A stretch of DNA of 64,000 nucleotides from Bacteroidales bacterium (GTDB taxonomy: Bacteria > Bacteroidota > Bacteroidia > Bacteroidales > PUMT01): contig JAWODJ010000058.1 of assembly GCA_046483315.1 (NCBI GenBank), positions 32,321 through 96,320 on the forward strand, read 5' to 3'. The stretch's first letter is position 1, and each line of letters opens with the position of its first letter. Shown here piece after piece: positions 28,864 to 38,537 of this stretch. The position numbers and the translations under genes are program-made. The notes under the pieces were generated by a model, which did no database searches, had not been told where the DNA came from, and saw only the letters and a list, made by a program, of their open reading frames with translations.

Positions 28864-30093
28864 TTAAAGATAGGTGCTGGCGCCCTCATCAAGCTTGACA
28901 AACGGGGCAATGGCTCGTTTATAAATACCCTGTACCCAGGCTATGGCCATGCCATAGTTGGTGACAGGAATACCCGCTTCGGCTGCAGACCGTATGCGGT
29001 TAATAAGCTGCCGGCGGGTAATAACGCATCCCCCGCACTGTATTACCAGGGAATAGTCGGTTATCTGGCGGGGAAGTTCAGCGAGACCGCCGACAACATC
29101 AAATTCCAGTTGTTTGCCGGTAAAGCTGCTTATCCAGCGGGGTATTTTTACCCTTCCGATGTCGTCACAGGAAACATGATGCGTACACGACTCAAGTATA
29201 AGTATCCGGTCGCCGTTATTAAGGTCAGATATTTTCGGGGTTCCCTTCAGATAGAGGTCAAAATCGCCTTTGTACCTTGCAAGCATAATGCTGAAACTTG
29301 TAAGTGGAATATCCCGGGGAACAGAGGCATCTGCCTTTACAAAAATCTGGCTGTCTGTTATTGCAAGCACGGGTTTAATTCCTGTTTTCCTTAAAAACCC
29401 ATCTACCTCTCTTTCTTTCATTACCACGGCCACGGAGTCATTGTCAATGATATCACGAATGGCCTGAACCTGAGGAAGTATAAGTCTCCCGGCAGGAGCC
29501 TGCACGTCAATGGGCGTTATAAGTAAAACAATATCTCCGTAGCCAAGCAGGTCGCCTATAAGACCGGGTGTTTTCCATGCCGATTCAGGGATGGCCGATC
29601 TTATTGCAGTGATAATTTTCTCAGGGTACTCCGCTGATTTGCCGGAGAATTCAAGCACCTCTTTTCCTGTATATGATCTGATAAGTTTCCTGGTATCGTC
29701 ATGCAGTTGTTCAAGGTCTGACTTATTATGTATTATTAGAAATGGCAGGTCAAGTTTATTAAACTCATTAACCAGTTTTTTTTCCGGATCTTTGAAAGTG
29801 TTCCGCGTTATAACAAGTATGGCAAGGTCAACTGCACTTAAAGTCTGAAGGGTTTTTGCAGCCCTCTTTTCTCCAAGTATCCCTTTGTCATCTGATCCTG
29901 CTGTGTCAATAAGCACTACCGGTCCGAAGCCGGTTATTTCAAACGATTTTTTTACCGGATCGGTTGTGGTGCCCGCCACTTCCGAGACTATAGCAATTTC
30001 CTGTCCGGCAAGGATATTGATAAGGGTGCTTTTTCCGTTATTTCGACGGCCGTATATTCCAATATGAGGTTTACTCTCTTTACCTTTTTCCAT
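28864..30093 (-). CDS. HydF-like FeS-cluster-binding GTPase
   Basis: G1 GRRNNGKST, G2 GTTTD, G3 DTAG, G4 NKSD. The C-terminal domain carries CTH-x47-CGGC, spaced like the HydF [4Fe-4S] ligands. Confidence 0.75.
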   Translation of the reverse strand: MEKGKESKPHIGIYGRRNNGKSTLINILAGQEIAIVSEVAGTTTDPVKKSFEITGFGPVVLIDTAGSDDKGILGEKRAAKTLQTLSAVDLAILVITRNTFKDPEKKLVNEFNKLDLPFLIIHNKSDLEQLHDDTRKLIRSYTGKEVLEFSGKSAEYPEKIITAIRSAIPESAWKTPGLIGDLLGYGDIVLLITPIDVQAPAGRLILPQVQAIRDIIDNDSVAVVMKEREVDGFLRKTGIKPVLAITDSQIFVKADASVPRDIPLTSFSIMLARYKGDFDLYLKGTPKISDLNNGDRILILESCTHHVSCDDIGRVKIPRWISSFTGKQLEFDVVGGLAELPRQITDYSLVIQCGGCVITRRQLINRIRSAAEAGIPVTNYGMAIAWVQGIYKRAIAPFVKLDEGASTYL

Positions 30094-30228
30094 TTTTTGT
30101 TGTTTTGTCCTCCTGGCGCTAAAATAAGTGTTTTTCCTGCATTTTTCTTTCGAAGAGCTGTATTAATTAACAACTTTTCAGTTAGCTCCGGTCTGTCATA
30201 AATCATTAAAAACAGGTTTACCTTTTTA

Positions 30229-30236
30229 TATCTTTG
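30229..30236 (+). promoter_or_regulatory. Bacteroidota-type -7 promoter element in the divergent control region
   Basis: TATCTTTG lies about 150 nt upstream of the ATG at 30385. Confidence 0.3.
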
Positions 30237-30384
30237 CAATATTTAAAGGGAAACAGAGTTTTTCGCACCGGAGATTCGTGGTATTTCTATCATACTCAAA
30301 TAACTTTTTCCGCGTTGAACTATTGTATCCTTTTTTTGTAATATATGAAGACGGTTAAACCGCTTCACTGTAAATTAGTCTTTT

Positions 30385-32571
30385 ATGAAGTATTATCCTG
30401 AAAAAATAGCTCTTTCTGTTAAATCGGCAAAACTGCTTCGCCGGCTCTTCCATGAGAATCCGAGACTGGAAGAAATATTCAGAAAGTCCGAAAAGGAGAG
30501 CGAAGCCAAAGAATCAATAAGGGAGTGGGCAGAGGAAGTTATGGGCGACAATGAGCATGCGATCAGGTATTATAAAAGGGAAATATCGGGTCCTGATAGC
30601 TATGCCAGGCTGAGATGGAAGGACTTTGCTGCGATAAGGATACTTGATTACCTGGACAATGCAGGTCGTGAATTTTTAAATCCCCACAGGGGAGGGGAGA
30701 AAATGCTCAATGACCCTTTTAGTTTTATATGGCTTGCAGCAAAAGCAGGTAAGGGAGGATCCAAACCTCTCTTTTTTGAGGATATGATATACCTGTTTCG
30801 CCAGCTTACAGGGCAGCTTCCCCGTAGCAGACCCGACCGGAAAGCTGTCATTAAGTGGATGGAGCGATGGAACCATGGAATGGAGCCTGATATTGTCAGG
30901 GAAAGGGAAGAGAATAAGGAGCGGATTATTAAGATCCTGGTAGAGAAGATAGAGAGTTGTGAGCCCGGTGAAAGCCGCTATGTTTTTGATGAGGGCATGA
31001 GCCTTGAGGACAAGGTTGAAAAGGTAAGGGAATGGTGGGATGATCATATGTTCCATCTCAGGTTTGCTGTCCGCTCTCCTGCCCTGCTGAATGAGCTTCT
31101 TGATTACTCGCTTGACGTGGACACCCAGAAGTTGCTTGAAAGGGCAGAGAAAAAGGGAATACCTTTTTTTGTAAACCCCTATTATATTTCACTTCTGAGC
31201 ACCAGAACCCCGGATTTTTCGGCGGGTGCTGATCTGGCGATCCGTCATTATGTAATTTACAGTAAGCCTCTTATAGATCAGTTTGGAAATATTGAGGCCT
31301 GGGAAAAAGAGGACAAGGTGGAGCAGGGCAAACCCAATGCAGCCGGATGGCTCCTTCCGTCCCAGCATAATGTTCATCGCAGGTATCCGGAAGTTGCAAT
31401 AATGATCCCTGACACTATGGGCCGTGCCTGTGGCGGGTTATGTGTTTCGTGTCAGCGTATGTATGATTTCCAGAGGGGGAACCTCAATTTTAATCTGGAT
31501 AAGCTAAGACCCGGCGAAACCTGGGATGAGAAATTACGCCGCCTGCTCGATTATTATGAAAAAGATACCCAGCTCAGGGATATTCTTTTGACAGGCGGGG
31601 ATGCCCTTATGAGCCGTGACAGGTCTCTCGAAAAGATACTGAACGAAGTTTATGAAATGGCATTAAGAAAGAGGGAGGCAAATAAAAAACGGCCTGAAGG
31701 GGAGAAATATGCGGAGATGCTGAGAATACGGCTTGGAACAAGACTGCTGGCGTACCTGCCGCAGCGGGTTACTCCTGACCTGGAAAGGATACTGGCCGAA
31801 TTCCGTAAGAAGGCTGCAAAGGCAGGGCTTAAACAGTTTGTTATACAGACTCATTTCGAAAGCCCTATGGAGGTGACTCCCGAAACCAGGCTTGCCGTGA
31901 AAAGACTTATTTCGGCCGGATGGACTGTTACCAATCAGCTTGTTTTCACCTCTGCTGCATCCAGGAGAGGCCATACGGCCATGCTGCGCAAGGTACTTAA
32001 TGACATTGGTGTAATAACCTACTATACATTCTCAGTGAAGGGCTTCCTTGAAAACACCTTCAACTATGCAACCAATGCCAGGGCTGTACAGGAGCAGCAT
32101 GAGGAGAAGTATATTGGCCAGATACCGTCACAGTACAGGGAAAGGATAAGAGGGTTTACTCTTGAAGCTGAAAAAATGACCGGTAATCTCAGGAAATTGC
32201 GTGAAGAGGCAGGTCTGCCTTTTCTGGCGACGGACAGGAACGTAATAAATCTTCCGGCAGTAGGTAAAAGTATGACATTCCGGACTATAGGGATCACCCG
32301 CTGGGGAAGGCGTATACTTGAATTTGACCACGACCATAACCGCTGGCACAGTCCGATAATAAACAAGCTTGGCAAAATGGTCATTATTGAAAGCAAACCC
32401 ATTGGTGAATACCTTCACCAGCTTGAGGATATGGGGGAAGATGTTATGGAATACCAATCCGTATGGGGCTATTCCATATCGGAAACCGAGCCCCGGCTCC
32501 CCGTCTTTGAATATCCGGAATATGATTTTACTGTAACAAAGGAAATATCCAACCTGGAGATAGGGGATTAA
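30385..32571 (+). CDS. Long (728 aa) KamA-family radical SAM protein (aminomutase-like)
   Basis: NPYYISLL, CGGLCVSC (CxxxCxxC, nt 31429-31452) and ILLTGGDALM. It also has an N-terminal extension of about 330 aa and a His-rich C-terminal patch, FDHDHNRWH. Confidence 0.75.
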   Translation: MKYYPEKIALSVKSAKLLRRLFHENPRLEEIFRKSEKESEAKESIREWAEEVMGDNEHAIRYYKREISGPDSYARLRWKDFAAIRILDYLDNAGREFLNPHRGGEKMLNDPFSFIWLAAKAGKGGSKPLFFEDMIYLFRQLTGQLPRSRPDRKAVIKWMERWNHGMEPDIVREREENKERIIKILVEKIESCEPGESRYVFDEGMSLEDKVEKVREWWDDHMFHLRFAVRSPALLNELLDYSLDVDTQKLLERAEKKGIPFFVNPYYISLLSTRTPDFSAGADLAIRHYVIYSKPLIDQFGNIEAWEKEDKVEQGKPNAAGWLLPSQHNVHRRYPEVAIMIPDTMGRACGGLCVSCQRMYDFQRGNLNFNLDKLRPGETWDEKLRRLLDYYEKDTQLRDILLTGGDALMSRDRSLEKILNEVYEMALRKREANKKRPEGEKYAEMLRIRLGTRLLAYLPQRVTPDLERILAEFRKKAAKAGLKQFVIQTHFESPMEVTPETRLAVKRLISAGWTVTNQLVFTSAASRRGHTAMLRKVLNDIGVITYYTFSVKGFLENTFNYATNARAVQEQHEEKYIGQIPSQYRERIRGFTLEAEKMTGNLRKLREEAGLPFLATDRNVINLPAVGKSMTFRTIGITRWGRRILEFDHDHNRWHSPIINKLGKMVIIESKPIGEYLHQLEDMGEDVMEYQSVWGYSISETEPRLPVFEYPEYDFTVTKEISNLEIGD

Positions 32572-32721
32572 TAATCAGAACTGCAAAACGTGTAATAAAA
32601 AATAAAGGGCTGGTTTATGGCACTTTGCTAAACATTTTATTTTTATAATTGTTTAGATCTGAAATAGTGTTTTTTATTTATTATGATAAATGATTTTTGA
32701 TTACTAACTAGATTAATACAG

Positions 32722-33150
32722 ATGGAACGAAGAAAATTTATACTGAAAGGCATGCAGGCCGGAGCAGCAGTAGTAATACCTGTCATATATTCATCCTGCA
32801 GCAAAGATGATGATGTTGATGTTGATCCGGAGGAAAACAATGAACCTGAAGCATTGACCATTGACCTCAATTCTGAAACGTATTCCAAACTAAAGACAGA
32901 TGGAAATGCCGTCATAGCAGACAATATTATTATCGCCAATCTTGGAGATGAGGATTTTGTAGCTTTATCTGCAGTATGTACTCACGAGGGTTGCATAATC
33001 GATTATAATCATTCTGCCGGTAATTTTCCCTGTCCGTGCCATGGGTCTGTTTTTTCAAACAACGGTGCTGTTGTTGAAGGGCCTGCCAGTAGCGCAGTGC
33101 AGAAATATGAAATTACAAGGGACGGGAGTGTCCTTACCATACACAACTGA
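32722..33150 (+). CDS. Tat-exported Rieske [2Fe-2S] lipoprotein
   Basis: Twin-arginine signal (ERRKFILKG), a lipobox-like YSSC, and Rieske ligands CTHEGC ... CPCHGS. Confidence 0.85.
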   Translation: MERRKFILKGMQAGAAVVIPVIYSSCSKDDDVDVDPEENNEPEALTIDLNSETYSKLKTDGNAVIADNIIIANLGDEDFVALSAVCTHEGCIIDYNHSAGNFPCPCHGSVFSNNGAVVEGPASSAVQKYEITRDGSVLTIHN

Positions 33151-33251
33151 TGAGGATTTCATCCTGCCGGTGTGTCATTTAAAAATTGTCATGTATATTT
33201 GTTTGTTGGTGCATAAAGGTCAGGCATTCATAGCAGACAAATGAATATTAT

Positions 33252-35015
33252 ATGCAATTGCTTAATTGCACAGCCGTGCTTTCAGGAAGAAATGCCGTAA
33301 GGATTTCGATCGGTGTAATCCTGCTATCGGTAATAATTACAAATTTTCATCATGCCCGGTATAATCAGCAGGACGGGGTTATAGAATGGGATGTAAAATC
33401 ATACTACGCATGGCTGCCTGCAACTTTTATCTACAATGACCTCTCCCTGGAGTTTCGGAGGGACAATATCGAAAAATTCGGTGAACTGATATGGCCGGTT
33501 GAAACTCCCAAAGGGAAGCAAGCCATTGTTACTACCATGGGGATGTCGATCCTCTATTCCCCTTTCTTTTTTGCTGCGCACATGTTTTCATTGTCAACTT
33601 CCTTTGAGGCTGACGGCTATTCCCGCCCGTACAGGTTTGCCATCACTTTCGGGGCGCTGTTCTATTTATTGGCGGGATTGATATTTCTCAAAAGAATATT
33701 GAAGAGGTATTTTGGCGAATACATTATTGCCGCTACCCTCGTAATAGTAGTACTGGGAACAAACCTGTTCTATTATTCAACATACGAGGCAGCTATGACA
33801 CACGTATATAATTTTTCACTTATAGCAGGGTTTTTATGGCTCACTATCAGGTTTTACGAGAATCCTTCGGTTCTTAAAATTGTTGCGGGCGGACTGTTGT
33901 CGGGACTGATCACCCTCATAAGACCGGTCAATATCATCGTCCTTGTCTTGTTCTTCCTGTGGGATATAAAGAGCTTTAATGGGTTTAAGTCACGTTTCCG
34001 GTTTTTTGCCGGGAAATACACATGGCTTTTGCTTATGGCACTTTCCTTCCTGTTGATCTGGGTACCCCAGTTTATATACTGGCACTGGGTTTCGGGGAAG
34101 TTGTTTTACTTTTCATACGGCGAACTGGGAGGGAGGTTTTTCTTCAGTAACCCCCAGGTCATGAATATACTGTTCAGTATAAAAAAGGGGTGGCTTGTCT
34201 ATACGCCTGTTATGTTTTTTGCTCTTGCTGGTATTTTTGTATTGTTAAAAAAATTACCGGGTACAGTTTTGCCTTTTTCAGTTTTTATGGTACTGAACGT
34301 TTATGTTCTTTCTTCATGGTGGAACTGGTGGTACGGAGGGGGTTTTGGCCTCCGTTCCTTTGTCGGTTCCTATGCTTTGCTTGCCATACCCCTTGCAGCA
34401 TTCCTGGAATTTATAAGTACAAGGAGAGGAGTGATCCGTTACCCTGCCATTGGGCTTATCGCCATGCTTGTTTTTTATAATCTTTTTCAGACCCGCCAGT
34501 ATGTCAACAACGCCATACACTGGTGGTGGATGAACCGGGAGGCTTATATGGAGACATTTTTGAGGCTTCATCCGACGGAAAAATTCTGGAATCTTGTCAC
34601 CCTCCCCGATCATGATCTGGCCAGGCAGGGTATCTACAGGGAAATTCGCCCCGGGACTGCTGAAATGACCGAAAAGACAGACTGGCGAAGGACCCCTGCG
34701 GAAGGGGAACTGGTTGTATGGATTGCAAACAAGCTGGAAAAAGAGGAGGGTCTTATTGACAGCCTGTATGCCGTACCTTCATATCAGGGCATGGATACAC
34801 AGGAGATGCTCAGAGCTGAAGCCTCAGTCCGGCTGGAAGAAAAGGGCCGGGAATATTATGAGAGGATGTGGGCGCTGGAACTGATAGTGAAAGAGATGGA
34901 AGGGAGTCCGCAAATGATTAATTACATCAGGGAGAAAGCTGAAAAAAACAATATTTCATACGATTCCATGTTGCTTATAGATGCTGCATGGCTATACGAA
35001 AATCAAAGAAAATGA
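33252..35015 (+). CDS. Large polytopic membrane protein, possible GT-C-fold (ArnT/PMT-like) glycosyltransferase
   Basis: About 12 TM segments plus a soluble C-terminal domain of about 150 aa. The first-loop motif EWDVKSYYAWLP resembles the acidic/YYW loop of GT39/GT83 enzymes. Translationally coupled to a GT2 gene (ATGA overlap). Confidence 0.4.
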   Translation: MQLLNCTAVLSGRNAVRISIGVILLSVIITNFHHARYNQQDGVIEWDVKSYYAWLPATFIYNDLSLEFRRDNIEKFGELIWPVETPKGKQAIVTTMGMSILYSPFFFAAHMFSLSTSFEADGYSRPYRFAITFGALFYLLAGLIFLKRILKRYFGEYIIAATLVIVVLGTNLFYYSTYEAAMTHVYNFSLIAGFLWLTIRFYENPSVLKIVAGGLLSGLITLIRPVNIIVLVLFFLWDIKSFNGFKSRFRFFAGKYTWLLLMALSFLLIWVPQFIYWHWVSGKLFYFSYGELGGRFFFSNPQVMNILFSIKKGWLVYTPVMFFALAGIFVLLKKLPGTVLPFSVFMVLNVYVLSSWWNWWYGGGFGLRSFVGSYALLAIPLAAFLEFISTRRGVIRYPAIGLIAMLVFYNLFQTRQYVNNAIHWWWMNREAYMETFLRLHPTEKFWNLVTLPDHDLARQGIYREIRPGTAEMTEKTDWRRTPAEGELVVWIANKLEKEEGLIDSLYAVPSYQGMDTQEMLRAEASVRLEEKGREYYERMWALELIVKEMEGSPQMINYIREKAEKNNISYDSMLLIDAAWLYENQRK

Positions 35016-36118
35016 TTGACAGTAAAACTATTGCCGTTGTTGTACCGGCATACAATGAAGAGATGCAGATAGGTGATGTCATTGAGCAGATGCCCGGTTT
35101 TGTAGACCGGATAGTGGTGGTGAATGACTGCTCAACTGACAGGACGGAAGAGATAGTAAAACAATTTTTATTAAAGGACAGTGATAATAAAAAAGTTATT
35201 AAGAATATTACCGGACTAAAGATTAGCGGGCGTTATGAAAGAGCCGGCAGGGAACTGCAAAAGCAGATGGTAAAAGAGATAGAGTATTTTCCGGCCTCAG
35301 AGATCGTTAACAGGGAACCTGAAAAGGAGAGGGTGATTTTAATTAATATGCATCGCAATGGCGGAGTGGGGTCTGCCATTGCAAGGGGCTATAAATGGTG
35401 TAAGGATCATGGCATTGATTGCACCGCAGTGATGGCCGGTGACGGCCAGATGGACCCGGCCGAGCTTGATAGTATATGCGGGCCTGTGGTCAGGGAAGGC
35501 GTGGATTATGTAAAGGGTAACAGGTTAATTCACAGAAGTTCGGAGCTGATGATGCCGCGAACCAGGTTTATAGGCAATTCTGTTTTATCTGTTCTTACAA
35601 AGCTGGCATCAGGGTACTGGCAGGTATCAGACACCCAGACAGGTTATACTGCAATATCGAACAAGGCCCTGAATGCGATAGCCCTTCATAAGATCTACAA
35701 GGGATACGGAATGCCGAACGATATGCTGGTAAAGCTTAACATTGCATTATGCACTGTCAGGGAAGTTGAGATAAAGCCTGTTTATGATATAGGTGAGAAG
35801 TCAAAGATGAAGATATCAAAGGTTATTCCCAGCGTATCATGGCTGCTTCTGAGGTCATTTTTCAAAAGGTTGTGGACAAAGTATTTTATCAGGGATTTTC
35901 ATCCTCTTTTTATATTGTATAATCTTGCCTTCGTTTTGTTCTTTATAAGTATACCTTTTGCCGTAAGGATACTCTCTTATTATACCGGGGATGCGGTCGG
36001 GGAGAGGCCGATACTCAACTCTATCATGTTTATGTTCTTGATAGTGAGTTCTATGCAGTCTTTGCTGTTTGCTATGTGGATGGATATTCAGGATAACCAG
36101 CACCTTTATTCCCGCTGA
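35012..36118 (+). CDS. Family 2 glycosyltransferase with C-terminal TM helices (polyprenyl-phosphate glycosyltransferase, GtrB/ArnC/DPM1-like)
   Basis: VVVPAYNEE, VVVNDCSTDRT, DGQMDP (DxD-like), and two C-terminal TM helices. The ATG at 35012 overlaps the upstream stop. Confidence 0.8.
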   Translation: MIDSKTIAVVVPAYNEEMQIGDVIEQMPGFVDRIVVVNDCSTDRTEEIVKQFLLKDSDNKKVIKNITGLKISGRYERAGRELQKQMVKEIEYFPASEIVNREPEKERVILINMHRNGGVGSAIARGYKWCKDHGIDCTAVMAGDGQMDPAELDSICGPVVREGVDYVKGNRLIHRSSELMMPRTRFIGNSVLSVLTKLASGYWQVSDTQTGYTAISNKALNAIALHKIYKGYGMPNDMLVKLNIALCTVREVEIKPVYDIGEKSKMKISKVIPSVSWLLLRSFFKRLWTKYFIRDFHPLFILYNLAFVLFFISIPFAVRILSYYTGDAVGERPILNSIMFMFLIVSSMQSLLFAMWMDIQDNQHLYSR

Positions 36119-36983
36119 ATTTCAGTAACAGGGCCACCAGGAACAGGAATACCTCGCCGGCAACAAACCAGAAACGTGAGATCAGTGACAGCGTAACTGC
36201 ATTTCCGGGGGTCAATCCGCCGGCCACAAGAAAGGAAACAAGTATGGCTTCACGCACTCCCACACCTGCAGGCAGGAAAACCACCACAAATCCGTATGTC
36301 ATGCTTGCCGGGAAAGAGAGGGACAGCAGCAGAGGGATATTGTCATGCAAGGAGAGCATCAGAAAATAAAACCCTGCACTCCATAATAACCAGAAAAGCA
36401 GGACAGGAAAGCTGATCCTGAGAAAGAAATTCCATTTCATGGGATTGAAGTCAAAATCCCTTTTAAGCAGTTTTCCCAGCAGCCCTGAAGAGTTTCTGTG
36501 AAACCATCCGGAGAAGAGTATTAAGGTTAGTAAAACAATGGCGGTGAAAATGATCAGGCCTATCCATGGCCTGCCGGTGATAAAAAGGGTTGGCGGCAAA
36601 CTCAGAGCCAGTCCCCACCACAAAAAGACCATCTGTTCCTGCAGCGATATAAGTGAAAGGGTTTTCAGCCGGGTTTTATCCGGACTGAACCAGGAGGCGC
36701 GTCCCAGTATGACCCACAATTTTCCGGGAATATACTTGGAAAAGATATATATGCCCTGCGATATCAGTGCATCTTTGTACCTGACGGGCACTCCCTTGAT
36801 CCTGAGTGCAAAGCCCCAGCTTCCACTTACTGCCAGAAACCCGGCAAAGAGCAGAATAAGTGATGCTGAAAGCTTCACTGCATCAAAACCAATATCATCA
36901 AAAACCAGGTAATCGGCCCTGTAGAGGTACCAGATAAAAAATACCATTGAAAGATAAAGCAGTATACGGAAGATCTTTTGCAT
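36072..36983 (-). CDS. Polytopic membrane protein, LPG-synthase-TM / MprF-flippase-like (UPF0104)
   Basis: 303 aa with about 8 TM segments. Its 3' end overlaps the convergent GT2 gene by 47 nt. Family assignment is from topology and context, not an HMM. Confidence 0.45.
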   Translation of the reverse strand: MQKIFRILLYLSMVFFIWYLYRADYLVFDDIGFDAVKLSASLILLFAGFLAVSGSWGFALRIKGVPVRYKDALISQGIYIFSKYIPGKLWVILGRASWFSPDKTRLKTLSLISLQEQMVFLWWGLALSLPPTLFITGRPWIGLIIFTAIVLLTLILFSGWFHRNSSGLLGKLLKRDFDFNPMKWNFFLRISFPVLLFWLLWSAGFYFLMLSLHDNIPLLLSLSFPASMTYGFVVVFLPAGVGVREAILVSFLVAGGLTPGNAVTLSLISRFWFVAGEVFLFLVALLLKFSGNKGAGYPEYPST

Positions 36984-37037
36984 AACAGCCGTAATTACTG
37001 AGCCGGCATAATTCCCGGCAAAGATAATTCTTCCCGG

Positions 37038-38507
37038 TTATTCCAGATCGTTGAGAGAAAAACCGGTCTTCAGCAGGTTGCCCGGTTCAAGGATGGAGGC
37101 CATCCTTTCCGGATCGATGAGCTTAAGCTCCCTGTTCGCAGCAAAGATATCAATCTTTTTTTCCTGCATTAACTTTGCTGCAACGGCTGCTTTGTTGTAT
37201 CCTATGTGCGGGACAAGAGCCGTGGTTATTGCCGGACTGGAGAAGAGCCTTTCCCGGGATACGTTACTGTTTATTTTTATTTCGCTGAAAAATTTTGTTC
37301 TGAGTGTTTTACTGGCAGCAATGAGAAGTTTGATGCTTTCCAGTAATGAATGGCCTATAATCGGGATATACGCATTGAGATCGAGGCATCCCTGTGCTGA
37401 CAGGGATGTAATAAGCTGATCGTTGGCGTAGACCTTGTGGGAAATGCTGATTACAAATTCAGGTATAACAGGGTTCACCTTGCCGGGCATTATGGAGCTG
37501 CCGGCCTGTAACTGCGGGATAATCACTTCATGGTGGCCTGCAATATCAGATGAGAGTAGCCGGAGGTCAGAGACTATCTTTTCAAGGTTTACGGCATATG
37601 CCTTTAATATGGCATGTACCTCAACCAGGCTGTCAAGATTGCTGGTGGCATCGGGAAGGTTTTCGCTGCGCGACACCGGCATGCCGGTAAGCCGCTGCAG
37701 CTCAGATACAACCTCCATGATAAAAAACCTTGGTACCGCTATTCCCGTACCGACCGCACTGCCCCCGAGATTAACCGTTTTAATGCGTTCAAGGCACTTT
37801 GACACCCTCCACCAGTCCCTCGACATTGCTTCATTATAGGCAGCCAGCAGCATGCCCCATGATGATGGTACTGCCTCCTGCATCTGTGTATAGGCAATTC
37901 GCAGATGGCCGCGGTGAAGGTTCTCAATTTTTTCAATCGCAAAGCGCATACCGTTAATCTCCTCTTCCAGTGAAAGCAGGAGTTTCATCGCGGCAATCTT
38001 CAGCGAGGTGGGTACTACATCGTTGGTGGACTGGTATATGTTGGCATGTTCAACAGGGTCGACAAGCGTGTAATTTCCCGGGAGGGAGTTCAGTTTAATA
38101 AGAGTTGTGTTGGCAATTATCTCATTGATATTCATATTGATACTGGTGCCGGCACCACCCTGCACTGCCGGTACGATAAAATGGCTGAAATGCCTGCCGC
38201 CCGATATTTCTGTGGCGGCAAGTTCCATCTTTTCAAGGATATCTTCCTTTATCGGGGAAACTGACCCGGGTATTTCACTGAATTTTCCGGCCGCAGCCTT
38301 TATGAATGCCTTACAGGTGCGGTAGCAGGCGAGCTTGGTTAACCCCAGTGCCTGATACCACTCCTTGTGAAATCCGGTTGTACAGGGAAAATTTTCACTG
38401 GCCCTGAGGGAGTGGATACCGTATAGTGCATCGCCTGGCATCTCTTTTTCTCCGAGAAAATCTTTTTCGGTTCTCATAACATCCTGTTTTAATTGGGATT
38501 CTGGCAC
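37038..38507 (-). CDS. aspA: Aspartate ammonia-lyase (class II fumarase/aspartase family)
   Basis: Signature GSSIMPGKVNPVIPE (the aspartase-type continuation) and TNDVVPT. A likely alternative start is MRTEKDFLGEKEMP at 38477. Confidence 0.8.
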   Translation of the reverse strand: MPESQLKQDVMRTEKDFLGEKEMPGDALYGIHSLRASENFPCTTGFHKEWYQALGLTKLACYRTCKAFIKAAAGKFSEIPGSVSPIKEDILEKMELAATEISGGRHFSHFIVPAVQGGAGTSINMNINEIIANTTLIKLNSLPGNYTLVDPVEHANIYQSTNDVVPTSLKIAAMKLLLSLEEEINGMRFAIEKIENLHRGHLRIAYTQMQEAVPSSWGMLLAAYNEAMSRDWWRVSKCLERIKTVNLGGSAVGTGIAVPRFFIMEVVSELQRLTGMPVSRSENLPDATSNLDSLVEVHAILKAYAVNLEKIVSDLRLLSSDIAGHHEVIIPQLQAGSSIMPGKVNPVIPEFVISISHKVYANDQLITSLSAQGCLDLNAYIPIIGHSLLESIKLLIAASKTLRTKFFSEIKINSNVSRERLFSSPAITTALVPHIGYNKAAVAAKLMQEKKIDIFAANRELKLIDPERMASILEPGNLLKTGFSLNDLE

Positions 38508-38537
38508 TTATGACCTTCAGGATTGATCTGGCTGGAA

